Below are positions 48,687 through 58,551 of a stretch of 64,000 nucleotides of DNA, one piece after another. Within the stretch, counting starts at the first letter, position 1. Each line of letters begins with the position of its first letter. Position numbers and translations under genes: made by a program. The stretch is from Candidatus Latescibacterota bacterium (GTDB lineage Bacteria; Latescibacterota; UBA2968): the NCBI GenBank assembly GCA_965205975.1, contig OZ242195.1, positions 3,840,001 through 3,904,000 on the forward strand, written 5' to 3'. Under the pieces are notes generated by a model, which saw only the letters and a list, made by a program, of their open reading frames with translations, searched no databases and was not told the DNA's origin.

Positions 48687-49895
48687 GTGGGAATAGGTAA
48701 ACGGTACACCTCCATACTCTTTCTTTTATACTTCGCTACATCTGTCTCAGCAACACAGCTACAAATGGGTGTAGATGTATTTTTGGAACACCACACCCAT
48801 CTGGTAGCGGACGCACGGGTTGGATTAATCACCAATCCCACCGGACGCACAAAAACAGGCATCACCACAATCAATGCCTTGCAACAGCATCCCGACGTCA
48901 ATCTCGTCGCCCTATTTGCACTTGAACACGGAATCAAAGCAAAAGCAAAAGCCGGCGAACACGTGCGCGACACGCAAATAGACAGCCTACCCGTATATTC
49001 CCTCTACGGAAGCGGCCGCTCCTTAAAATCCGCACTGGACAACATCGACGTCATAATCTACGACATACAGGACGTAGGCAGCAGAGCCTACACCTACATC
49101 TGGAGCCTGAGCAAAATCATAAAAGCCGCGGGCGAACACGACAAGCGCGTCATCGTCCTCGACCGCCCCAATCCCCTCGGCGGGCGAACAATAGATGGTC
49201 CCATAACCGAAGAAAAATGGCGATCCTTAGTCGCGGGCTATTATCCAGTACCCCGCGCGTATGGACTCACAGTAGGCGAACTCGCGCGGTATCTCAACCG
49301 GGAACACCTGCTCGCGTGCTCCCTCACAGTCGTCCCCATGAAAGGATACCAGCGCAACACGCGCTGGACAGACATCGGACGCGAATGGATCCCGCCATCG
49401 CCCAACATCCCATCGCCTCAGGCTGCCATAACCTTTGCCGCAACCGGAACCATAGGCGCATTGGGAACCCTACACATCGGCGTTGGAACCGACATGTCCT
49501 TTCAAATCGTTGGCGCGCCGTGGATCAACGCAGAAAAAACAGCTCGCGACCTGAACGCCATGCAACTGCCCGGCGTAGAATTTCAACCCATAACACTTAC
49601 ACCCGACACATGGCTCTTTCGCAACAAAAAAGTACAGGCTATATTCCTATACATAACAGACCCCATCGCCTTTCGCCCAACGCGCACAGAAGTAGCCATA
49701 CTCGCCCATCTCGTGGCAACATATCCCGAATTCAAAATCCCAAAAGACCGGTATGAACGCTTTGACCAAGCCATGGGAACCAGCACCGTACGCGAAGCCC
49801 TCTTAAAAGGCGACACCGCGCGGGAAATATGGGAGCGATGGAAAGGGGAATTGGAGAAATTCGCTACTGTGAGGGAAAAATACTTTTTGTATTAA
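48687..49895 (+). CDS. DUF1343 exo-beta-N-acetylmuramidase NamZ-like protein
   Basis: GLITNPTG, YSLYG, DIQDVGSRAYTY, LDRPNPLGG, PSPNIP; start approximate. Confidence 0.88.
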   Translation: MGIGKRYTSILFLLYFATSVSATQLQMGVDVFLEHHTHLVADARVGLITNPTGRTKTGITTINALQQHPDVNLVALFALEHGIKAKAKAGEHVRDTQIDSLPVYSLYGSGRSLKSALDNIDVIIYDIQDVGSRAYTYIWSLSKIIKAAGEHDKRVIVLDRPNPLGGRTIDGPITEEKWRSLVAGYYPVPRAYGLTVGELARYLNREHLLACSLTVVPMKGYQRNTRWTDIGREWIPPSPNIPSPQAAITFAATGTIGALGTLHIGVGTDMSFQIVGAPWINAEKTARDLNAMQLPGVEFQPITLTPDTWLFRNKKVQAIFLYITDPIAFRPTRTEVAILAHLVATYPEFKIPKDRYERFDQAMGTSTVREALLKGDTAREIWERWKGELEKFATVREKYFLY

Positions 49896-49993
49896 ACCTT
49901 CTGGATCGCGGCTCAAAACCATGCCGCGATGACGGGCGGGTACGGGGACCCGCCCCTACAATCTGGATCGCAGATCAATAAAGGAACATCACA

Positions 49994-50650
49994 ATGCCCG
50001 GCATCATCTTCTGGGATGTTGATACCCAATACGACTTCATCATGCCCGACGGCAAACTCTACGTCACCGCATCGGAAAAACGCTTGCCAAATCTCAAAAA
50101 ACTCACAGACTATGCCAGACAGCGGGGCATCCCCATCTACGGCTCGGTTGACAACCACCAGATAGCAGACCCTGAAATCTCCGACACCCCGGACTTTCAG
50201 GAGACCTTTCCGCCCCACTGCATAGCTGGAACCTCTGGACAAAAAAAAGTACCCGAAACCCAACCGCAAAACCCCCTCTGGATCGACCCGGACGCCTCGG
50301 GCGGCCTCATCGACCAAGTACAAAAACACCGCGGTGAAATCATCTTTCGCAAACAGCACTTTGACGTCTTCACCAACCCCAACGTCGAACCCGTACTCAA
50401 CGCCATCAAACCCGACCGCATCGTCCTCTACGGCGTAGCCCTCGACGTCTGCAACGCCTACGCAATTAACGGCTTCTTAAAACGCAACACAGCGCCCATA
50501 CAACTCGTCCTGGACGCCGCACAAGCCATCGACCCCGAACGCGGCGACCGCATGGTAGCCGAATGGCGACAACAGGGCGTTGAAATCGTATCGACGGATG
50601 AAATTGTCAACCCTAAAAACGTAAAAGCAACCACAGATGAACACAGATAA
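49994..50650 (+). CDS. Isochorismatase/nicotinamidase-family cysteine hydrolase
   Basis: WDVDTQYDF, FPPHC, GVALDVC. Confidence 0.88.
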   Translation: MPGIIFWDVDTQYDFIMPDGKLYVTASEKRLPNLKKLTDYARQRGIPIYGSVDNHQIADPEISDTPDFQETFPPHCIAGTSGQKKVPETQPQNPLWIDPDASGGLIDQVQKHRGEIIFRKQHFDVFTNPNVEPVLNAIKPDRIVLYGVALDVCNAYAINGFLKRNTAPIQLVLDAAQAIDPERGDRMVAEWRQQGVEIVSTDEIVNPKNVKATTDEHR

Positions 50651-50789
50651 ACACAGATGAAAAGCAAAAGCCTGCCCCTGCATGGTGTTGAGCAGGGGGC
50701 AAAAAACTCTGGATCGCGGCTAAAAACCATACCGCGATGACGGGCGACCACAAGGGTCGCCCCTACACACTTCAACCTACACACTTCCC

Positions 50790-52574
50790 ATGAACGTCTT
50801 CCTCCGCCTCATCACATACATCCGCCCTTACCTGGGCCGCGTGTGCATCGGTATCGGCGCCACCCTCGTCATGATTGGCCTGGATGCCGCGCAACCCCTG
50901 CTCATGCGCGAAGTCATCGACAACATATTAACCCCTTACTTCACAGAAGGGAATTATATTGGCGGCGACTTCTCCGACACAAAAATCGCAGCCGACTTCG
51001 ACAGCCTCCAATTCTACGCCCTGCTCCTCCTCGGCATCTATATACTCCACACCATCTTCAGCTTCATCAACCGCTACTTACTCAACCGAACGGGACAGGA
51101 CATCCTCTTCAGCCTCCGCGTCCAGGTCTATGACCACCTCCAGCACCTGGGACTGCGTTTTTACAACGACCGCAGCACCGGCGAATTGATGTCGCGCGTA
51201 ACCGCCGACGTCGAATCCCTCCAATACACCGTCACAGACACCCTGGAACGCGTACTCGTAAATATCGCAACCATCGTCATCTACGGCATCATCCTCTTTG
51301 GCCTCAGCTTCGAACTCGCCCTCATTACCCTGTTGCCCATGCCTATATACAGCATCCTCATCATCTTCTACAACCGCACCATACGCCCCTATTACACCAT
51401 GGCACGCGAACGCATAGCCGACATCAGCGCCCTTTTGCAAGACAACCTCTCCGGCATCCGCGTCATCAAATGCTTTGCCCGCGAAGGCCACGAACTCTCT
51501 CGCTTCACCCAAAAATGCAAAGCCTTCCTCACCATCAGCATCACCATCATCAAAACCCGCGTCGCCTTCTTCCCCCTCGCCCGATTCATCATCTCCATGG
51601 GACCCCTCCTCGTCCTCCTCTTCGGCGGGCAACAAATCATCTCGGGCGACCTCACCATCGGCACCCTCTTCGCCTTTCAAAGCTTTCTCTGGCGTTTCTA
51701 CGGCCCCGTAGAAAGCCTCACCCGCATCAACGACACGATCGTACGCGCAGCCGCCTCAGCGCGTCGCATCTTTGAAATCCTGGACACCCAACCCGAAATA
51801 AAAGACACCCCCAATGCGCTCCCCTTTGACCGCCTGAACGGCAGCGTTGAATTTCAGAACGTCACCTTTGCCTACGAACACGGACCCCCTGTTCTCCAGG
51901 GCGTATCCCTCAGCGCACAACCCGGGCAACTCATCGGCCTCGTTGGCCCCAGCGGCGCGGGCAAAACCACCATCATCAACCTCATCTGCCGCTTCTATGA
52001 CCCCGACTCTGGCACCGTGTGCGTTGACGGCCATGACCTCAAAAACATGCAACGCGCATCCTTGCGCAGCCAAATCGGCATGGTCTTACAAGAACCATTC
52101 CTCTTCAACGGAACCATCCGCGAAAACATCGCTTATGGCAAACTCAACGCCACCGAAACCGACATCATCAACGCCGCAATGATGGCCAACGCCCACGACT
52201 TCGTCTGCGGATTCCCGGACGCTTATGACACCCACATTGGCGAACGGGGCGTGCGCTTATCCGGCGGCGAAAAACAGCGCATCTCCATAGCCCGCGCCAT
52301 CCTCAACGACCCGCGCATCCTCATCCTGGACGAAGCCACATCCTCTGTTGACACCGAAACCGAAATGCTCATACAAAACGCCCTCGAACGCCTCATGGAA
52401 GGCCGCACCACCTTTGCGATCGCCCATCGCTTATCCACCGTGCGCCGCGCCGACTGCCTCTACGTCATCGACCGCGGCAAAATCGTCGAATTCGGCACAC
52501 ACACCCAGCTACTCGCCAGCGACGGCCTCTACGCTCGCCTGTGCGACATGCAATTTGCCTTGGAAGAAGCGTGA
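50790..52574 (+). CDS. ABC exporter, fused permease/ATPase
   Basis: TM domain, GPSGAGKTT, LSGGEKQR, ILDEATS, IAHRLST. Confidence 0.95.
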   Translation: MNVFLRLITYIRPYLGRVCIGIGATLVMIGLDAAQPLLMREVIDNILTPYFTEGNYIGGDFSDTKIAADFDSLQFYALLLLGIYILHTIFSFINRYLLNRTGQDILFSLRVQVYDHLQHLGLRFYNDRSTGELMSRVTADVESLQYTVTDTLERVLVNIATIVIYGIILFGLSFELALITLLPMPIYSILIIFYNRTIRPYYTMARERIADISALLQDNLSGIRVIKCFAREGHELSRFTQKCKAFLTISITIIKTRVAFFPLARFIISMGPLLVLLFGGQQIISGDLTIGTLFAFQSFLWRFYGPVESLTRINDTIVRAAASARRIFEILDTQPEIKDTPNALPFDRLNGSVEFQNVTFAYEHGPPVLQGVSLSAQPGQLIGLVGPSGAGKTTIINLICRFYDPDSGTVCVDGHDLKNMQRASLRSQIGMVLQEPFLFNGTIRENIAYGKLNATETDIINAAMMANAHDFVCGFPDAYDTHIGERGVRLSGGEKQRISIARAILNDPRILILDEATSSVDTETEMLIQNALERLMEGRTTFAIAHRLSTVRRADCLYVIDRGKIVEFGTHTQLLASDGLYARLCDMQFALEEA

Positions 52575-52724
52575 AAAAGCAACCACAGATGAACACAGAT
52601 AAACACGGATGAAAGGCAAAAAGCGAAAGGCAAAATCAAAATCAAAACCTCTGGATCGCGGCTAACACCATGCCGCGATGACAGACGGGACGGCACAGGG
52701 GCCGTCCCCTACGGAGATCTCGAC

Positions 52725-53267
52725 ATGGACCTCATGGTACAACAACTCATCCCCGAAACCATTGACTTATGTCAAAACGGTGACAGCCTGATCCTCTTTG
52801 CCGACGGAGAAGAACTACACATCGATCACATCGTGCGATGTTTTCCCTTTTCCACGCCCGATCAATGGATCAGCCTCCGCGACCGGGACAGAACCGAACT
52901 CGGCCTCTTGCCCACACTTGACGGATTAAATGCACAATCGCGGACACTCGTTGAAGAACACCTCAAAGACCGCTACGACATCCCCCAAATCCAGACCATA
53001 CTCAACATCGAAAGCAACAAAGAAGGCGGCACAAACTGGGACATTGACACCAACGCGGGACCTATGAACTTCACACTCCGAGGCGACCAGAACCTCAACC
53101 TCAACGCATTTCCCGAAATCGTATTCACCGACGCCATAACGCGCAAACGCTACAAAATCCCCGACTATACCAAACTCGACCGCGCCAGCCAAAAAACCGC
53201 CCGCGCGTACCTGCCCATGAGCTCTCGCCACTACTCCGGGCGCCGCGGCGGCAGGAGTGGAAGGTAA
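52725..53267 (+). CDS. DUF1854-like protein
   Basis: 'RCFPFSTPDQWISL.D....ELG', 'W.IDT..G', 'RYKIPD...LD..S'. Confidence 0.75.
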   Translation: MDLMVQQLIPETIDLCQNGDSLILFADGEELHIDHIVRCFPFSTPDQWISLRDRDRTELGLLPTLDGLNAQSRTLVEEHLKDRYDIPQIQTILNIESNKEGGTNWDIDTNAGPMNFTLRGDQNLNLNAFPEIVFTDAITRKRYKIPDYTKLDRASQKTARAYLPMSSRHYSGRRGGRSGR

Positions 53268-53274
53268 AAAAAAC

Positions 53275-53450
53275 GGGCGACCACAGGGGGTCGCCCCTAC
53301 AATACCTTCTGGATCGCACGGGACGGCACAGGGGCCGTCCCCTACACCATGCCTGCCCCTGTATGCTTTAAGCAGGGGCCGCGATGACATGCCTTTAACG
53401 TCTTGTATCTTACGTTTTATCGGTGTTTATCGGTGTTCATCTGTGGTTGC
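53275..53450. repeat. Composite REP-like cluster plus decamer repeats
   Basis: Two ...CCCCTAC hairpins, CCTGCCCCTG..AGCAGGGG, and ATCGGTGTTT/ATCTGTGGTT repeats. Confidence 0.8.
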
Positions 53451-53457
53451 ATTTCCC

Positions 53458-54915
53458 CTACTTCCCCCTTCTCGACCCCATCATCTTCGACGCGATCTCG
53501 ACCTCCTCGGCAAACGCCTCTGCCTCATCGTCATACGTATCAAACGGATCGCGGAAACTCAAATGGAATTCATTTTCCAAATACACCGAATCCCAATCCA
53601 CAATATACCGCACCCGATTTTGCGACAACGTCTTCACCATTGCCGCCCGCGCCTTTGCCCGCGTATCAGCCGGAGGCGCCCCACAAGCCTCTTCAACGCG
53701 CTCATCCGTCAGCACCCGCTGCATCTTACCCTGCTGCACCAGATCAAAATACAACCCGCGATTGGGATCGATATTGTGATACTCCAAATCCAAACTCTGC
53801 AACCACGGATCGTTCCAACTCAAATTCTCCGACTCGCGAAACGCATCCAACAACCACTTCTTAGCCACCCAGTCCAAACGATCTGTCAACTGCATCGGAT
53901 CGGACTCCAGATCATCAAGTGTGCGCTCCCACTCATCCAGCACCCAATCTGACTCCTCATCCAAACCCCTCAAATGGCGTTGCGCCAAATCCAAATACGT
54001 GCGCTGTATATCAATAGCCGAAATAGACCGCCCATTCTGCCGATCCAGAATCCACTTATGTGTCGGATCCCGCGAAATCTCCTTCAATGCCCACACCGGA
54101 TCCCCCAGATCCACATCCTGAGGAAAAATTTTGCGCTCTAAGAGATTCAGCACCATCGCAGTCGTACCAACCTTCAAAGCCGTCGCATACTCCGACATAT
54201 TCGAATCGCCCACCAGAAGGTGCAAACGGCGGTACTTGCTGTGATCTGCCAGCGGTTCATCTCGCGTATTGATAATCGCGCGAGAAAACTGAATCCACTG
54301 ATAAATCTCTGTAACAATATGATCGGCACGCTGAGAAATCTGGAAAGAAACCGCATCCTCTGTATCGGCGGCATCTCGCACATTTTGCCCATAATAATAA
54401 AAACTATCATCATAACTGCCCACGCGACCTGCACCGCAAAAAATTTGGCGCGTCACCAAGAACGGCAACAACGCGGGAATAACAACCGTTGAAAACGGCA
54501 CATTGCGCCTGACCAGATAATTTTCATGACAGCCAAACGTCGCACCCGTATAATGATCGATATTATTCTTCAAAAACGAAGCTTCTTTAGCCAACCCCAG
54601 CGCGTGCAATGCCCGATACAAAATACAATCGCCCGCCCGATCAAAAGCCACAATATCCCACAACCCCATACACTCCGGCGTGGCGTATTCCAGATGCCCC
54701 ATATCGATATAAACCCGCCCCGCATTAAACAAAAAACCCCCATTGCCCGGGGGTTCATCCCGTCCGCGATAGTGAATATCTACAATCCCTATTCGGTCAA
54801 CGTGAAAAATGTGATCCTTTACCTTCACCGAAATCGTATCTGGACTCACAAAACCCTCGTGCTCGGGTGCCAAACACCCATACTCGGTTTCTATGCCAAA
54901 AATGCGATCTCTCAT
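53458..54915 (-). CDS. pafA: Pup/UBact-protein ligase
   Basis: RIFGIETEYG, FLFNAGRVYIDMGHLEYATPEC, GCHENY, NTRDEP, RRLH, DW.AK. Confidence 0.92.
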   Translation of the reverse strand: MRDRIFGIETEYGCLAPEHEGFVSPDTISVKVKDHIFHVDRIGIVDIHYRGRDEPPGNGGFLFNAGRVYIDMGHLEYATPECMGLWDIVAFDRAGDCILYRALHALGLAKEASFLKNNIDHYTGATFGCHENYLVRRNVPFSTVVIPALLPFLVTRQIFCGAGRVGSYDDSFYYYGQNVRDAADTEDAVSFQISQRADHIVTEIYQWIQFSRAIINTRDEPLADHSKYRRLHLLVGDSNMSEYATALKVGTTAMVLNLLERKIFPQDVDLGDPVWALKEISRDPTHKWILDRQNGRSISAIDIQRTYLDLAQRHLRGLDEESDWVLDEWERTLDDLESDPMQLTDRLDWVAKKWLLDAFRESENLSWNDPWLQSLDLEYHNIDPNRGLYFDLVQQGKMQRVLTDERVEEACGAPPADTRAKARAAMVKTLSQNRVRYIVDWDSVYLENEFHLSFRDPFDTYDDEAEAFAEEVEIASKMMGSRRGK

Positions 54916-54985
54916 GGGGGGGCCTCAATGATAGATGGGCGAGGCATGCCTCGCTCCTACAATCGGGCAACCACGAGGGTTGCCC

Positions 54986-55777
54986 CTACAATATAAACGG
55001 TGCCAGCGCGGGCGCAATCTCTTCTGCATCGACATTGCGATATTTGTTTTTACCCACCTGCGACCGCCCCAACACCACCGCCTCCACCTCCAAATCCACC
55101 AACGCCGTCTCAAGCACATCAGCCACATCGACCGCCCCAGCCACCTGCTCCAACTCGTCGGCATCTGTAGGTACCTCTTCCATCTTCCCAATCCATCGCC
55201 CGATTGCCCAGGCGCGAAGCGCAGCACCTGCGGCATCTGACAAAGACAACGCCTCCGTATCCAAACCCGACAACTCGCGCACCATCATCACATCTGCCTC
55301 CACAACACCCCCCACAGCAACACATCCCTCGTGCCGATAAAACGCACCATCGTAATCCACCGTATAAAAAATCTGCGCCCCCTCCTGCCCATCCAACTCC
55401 GCCAGAAGCACCCGCGCCAAAAACGGAGACCGCACCACATCGTCAAACCCCGCCTTCATCGCAGGACCCAGACCAAAATACACAATCTGGCGCAACGTCA
55501 CATCGTCCTCTGAATAATTAAACCCAATCGAATGCGCCATATCAATCGCAGCCTGCCTGAGCTTCTCGATATCCGTCGAATGCCCAATCGCCGCAAGTCC
55601 GATGCAGTCGTACACCTCAAACACCTTTTGCTGACTCTGCGACAGCGTCAGCAACAAAATCCCATCCTCGTACCCAACACCCACAACCGGACTCCCCGTC
55701 CGAATCTGATCTTCGATATAATCGCGCCGATTCGCAACAGCCTCTGCCCAGCGATACGGCTCATCTGACAACATCAT
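54986..55777 (-). CDS. prcA: 20S proteasome alpha subunit
   Basis: 'RRDYIEDQIRTGSPVVG...GILL...KVFEVYD'; operon position. Confidence 0.88.
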   Translation of the reverse strand: MMLSDEPYRWAEAVANRRDYIEDQIRTGSPVVGVGYEDGILLLTLSQSQQKVFEVYDCIGLAAIGHSTDIEKLRQAAIDMAHSIGFNYSEDDVTLRQIVYFGLGPAMKAGFDDVVRSPFLARVLLAELDGQEGAQIFYTVDYDGAFYRHEGCVAVGGVVEADVMMVRELSGLDTEALSLSDAAGAALRAWAIGRWIGKMEEVPTDADELEQVAGAVDVADVLETALVDLEVEAVVLGRSQVGKNKYRNVDAEEIAPALAPFIL

Positions 55778-56577
55778 GCGCGTCCCGCCTCCTCCCCATC
55801 CACATATTGAACATAGAGCTGCCGCAACGCCTCGGTCTCGATCTCTTCCAGACCCGACGCCGTAATCGTCTTCACCGACGGAAAAATATCAGCCGACCGC
55901 TCGTATCGACCCGTCGCCGAATCGTATTCTGACGCTGTATCCAGAAGCTGAAGCGCGTGCCCGATAGCCGCATCGCGATCCATCTCCACAAACCGCCGAC
56001 CGCTCCAGCGATTCAAATAATACATCGCCCCGCGAATCGCCGGCGACCCCGACCCCGTCGTCGTAAAATCGGCGCTCTCGAACTGCGCCCCCAGCGCATC
56101 GTAAAAATAAATTTTACCCCGCGCATCCACCTGATCATACGTCGCAAAAATGGGAATCACAGCACCAATACCCTGCATCGCCATCGGCAAATTATCCTTA
56201 ATCAACAGCGACAACCTGCGCAACTTCGCCTGCAAACTCATCTCCTGAAGCAAACGACGGCGATAATACTGAAATGCATGCTCCAAAATTCGCGCAATCT
56301 CAAACGCAATAGACGGCGATCCCGAAATCGCCATCACAGAATACGCATCCAGATCAATCACCTTATCCGCGCGATCATAAAGCACCATATTGCCCGCTGT
56401 AGCGCGGCGATCACCTGCAACGAGCACCCCATCGGCATATTGAAATGCCAGAATCGTCGTCGCATCCGTCGGCTCAAAAGGCAAATCGCGCTCGGACTGA
56501 ACATCGCCCAAATTTTCACCTGGGAACCGGTAGCCCGTCTGCCGCAGCAAATCGACAAAATCCCCACCCGATTGCAT
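55774..56577 (-). CDS. prcB: 20S proteasome beta subunit
   Basis: 39-aa propeptide, then TTILA; Asp17 (GDRRAT), Lys33, GSGS. Confidence 0.93.
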   Translation of the reverse strand: MQSGGDFVDLLRQTGYRFPGENLGDVQSERDLPFEPTDATTILAFQYADGVLVAGDRRATAGNMVLYDRADKVIDLDAYSVMAISGSPSIAFEIARILEHAFQYYRRRLLQEMSLQAKLRRLSLLIKDNLPMAMQGIGAVIPIFATYDQVDARGKIYFYDALGAQFESADFTTTGSGSPAIRGAMYYLNRWSGRRFVEMDRDAAIGHALQLLDTASEYDSATGRYERSADIFPSVKTITASGLEEIETEALRQLYVQYVDGEEAGRA

Positions 56578-56580
56578 AAG

Positions 56581-56772
56581 CTACTCGCCTGTACGCTGGC
56601 GATAACGCCGCGCCTGATTGGGATCAACGCGCCGCATGCGCCGCAGCAAATCGCGCGTATCTGGCCGCTCCACCTTCGGGCGCGCAGGGCCACCATCGCC
56701 ATCATCACCAGGACCAGGACCTCCCGGATCGACTGGCTTCGTCCGTCGCTCAAACTGCAAGACCTTATCCAT
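56581..56772 (-). CDS. ubact: UBact, bacterial ubiquitin-like modifier
   Basis: 63 aa, G/P/D-rich; ends 'LLRRMRRVDPNQARRYRQRTGE' (R[ST]G[EQ]); sits in the pup position; SD AAGGAGG. Confidence 0.92.
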   Translation of the reverse strand: MDKVLQFERRTKPVDPGGPGPGDDGDGGPARPKVERPDTRDLLRRMRRVDPNQARRYRQRTGE

Positions 56773-56928
56773 CTACGGCCTCCTTAATGAAAAATGTCTG
56801 AATCAGGATTTACAGGATTATAGGATGAAAAACAAAATCAAAACCAACAGCAAAATCTTCTGGATCGCGGCTTACACCCTGCCGCGATGACAATCACCCC
56901 TCACACTTCACACTTTCTCCTTCACACT

Positions 56929-58452
56929 TCACACTTTCTCCAACGCAGCTAAAAAACTTTCCAACGTCTCCGAACGATCAAGCACCTCATTATAACGCTC
57001 TACCCGCTCCGCATCCACCAATAATTTCATATCCACTGCATGCTGGCGGCCATTGCGCTTAAACACAATGCGATCCCAGTTAATCGACGACACATAATCG
57101 CCGAACTTCTCCAAACTGCGCCCTCGAAAATACGCCCGCGTACCCGAAGGCGGTTCCGACATCGCCGCAGCCACCTCATCATCGCCCACCAGACGCACCA
57201 TCTGCCCCTGCGACTCCAGCAAATAATACAAACCCGCATCCCGATCCACATTGCTATACTCCAGATCCTGACTCTGCATCCAGAACAAATCATCGGGATT
57301 ATCCCACGCCAGATTCTCCGCCTCGCAAAAACTATCGATCAACCACTTCTTCGTCACCCAATCGCACACACCCACCAGATCCATCGGATCGCGGCTCAAC
57401 TTCTCCAACACATCTTCCCACGCCGACAACACCCAATCCGTCTCTCGATCCCGCCCGGCAAACTCGCGCCGTGCCAAATTCAAAAACGCATCCTGAATCT
57501 CAACCGCGGGAACGAGGCGATGGCCGGGCCCCTCCACCTCAACCAACCACGCATGCGACTGATCCCGCGCGATATTCTTCATCGCCGCAATCGGATCCTT
57601 CAACCGATAATCCGGCAAACAATCCGCCTCAATCAAATCGATCACCAGCGCCGTTGTCCCCACCTTAAGCGCCGTAATATACTCCGACATATTGGCATCG
57701 CCCACAATTACATGCAACCGGCGATATTGCGCCGCATCTGCGTGGGGTTCATCGCGCGTATTCACAACCGGACGCTTGTGCATCGTATCCACACTCGCGA
57801 TCACCTCAAAAAACTCCGCGCGCTGCGACAACTGATAAATCGGTGCGCGATCCTCCCGCTCAACCCCCACCTTGCCAGCCCCGCAAAAAATTTGCCGCGT
57901 GGGGAAAAACAACAACAACCCCTTCAATATACGCTCGAAAGGCACCGAGCGATCCATCAAATAATTCTCGTGACACCCATAGCTATGCCCTTCAAAATCC
58001 GTATTATTCTTATACATCCGCACAGTGCCCTGATCGAGCATCTCCGTCCGCCGCTGCGCGCAAATATCCACAATGCGCTCCCCCGCCTTATCCTGTGCCA
58101 CAAGCTCGAACAAACTTATGCACTCACCCGTCGAATACTCTGGATGCGTATGATCGTTGTAAAACCGGGACCCATTGTAAATAATCAAATCGCTCTTCAA
58201 TTCCTTAAACGGAATCTTGCGCTTGCGATCCTGTTGCAAATGCACCTTTTCATCGACATCATTCAACAGATTTTTAACTTCAAACCCCCGCTCATCCCGA
58301 CGGGGATTCTCCAGCCGATAATCCCACAACGGAACAAACTTACCCTGCTGATAGCACCGAATCAACTGCATTGACTCTTCCACCACATCGACCTTATCCA
58401 CCTCGTCAATCGTGATTCCGTATTCTGTTTCTATACCGAATAAGCGCGTCAT
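56929..58452 (-). CDS. dop: Dop-like deamidase/isopeptidase
   Basis: GIETEYG, NGSRFYNDHTHPEYS, KNNTD..GHSYGCHENY, RRLHVIVGDAN. Confidence 0.9.
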   Translation of the reverse strand: MTRLFGIETEYGITIDEVDKVDVVEESMQLIRCYQQGKFVPLWDYRLENPRRDERGFEVKNLLNDVDEKVHLQQDRKRKIPFKELKSDLIIYNGSRFYNDHTHPEYSTGECISLFELVAQDKAGERIVDICAQRRTEMLDQGTVRMYKNNTDFEGHSYGCHENYLMDRSVPFERILKGLLLFFPTRQIFCGAGKVGVEREDRAPIYQLSQRAEFFEVIASVDTMHKRPVVNTRDEPHADAAQYRRLHVIVGDANMSEYITALKVGTTALVIDLIEADCLPDYRLKDPIAAMKNIARDQSHAWLVEVEGPGHRLVPAVEIQDAFLNLARREFAGRDRETDWVLSAWEDVLEKLSRDPMDLVGVCDWVTKKWLIDSFCEAENLAWDNPDDLFWMQSQDLEYSNVDRDAGLYYLLESQGQMVRLVGDDEVAAAMSEPPSGTRAYFRGRSLEKFGDYVSSINWDRIVFKRNGRQHAVDMKLLVDAERVERYNEVLDRSETLESFLAALEKV

Positions 58453-58476
58453 AATTCAGTCCCGAACCACCACCTG

Positions 58477-58551
58477 CGGGCGGGCACAAGACCCGCCCCT
58501 ACAATTTTTCCATCTGCGTCCATCTGCGTCCATCTGCGTCTATCTGCGGAT
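58477..58551. repeat. REP-like hairpin plus (CATCTGCGTC)n decamer repeat between arc and dop
   Basis: GGGCGGGCACAAGACCCGCCCCTAC; CATCTGCGTC x3 + TATCTGCGGA. Confidence 0.85.

Noticed and set aside
56581..56772. Canonical Pup
   Set aside because: It ends RTGE rather than GGE/GGQ and matches the UBact pattern.
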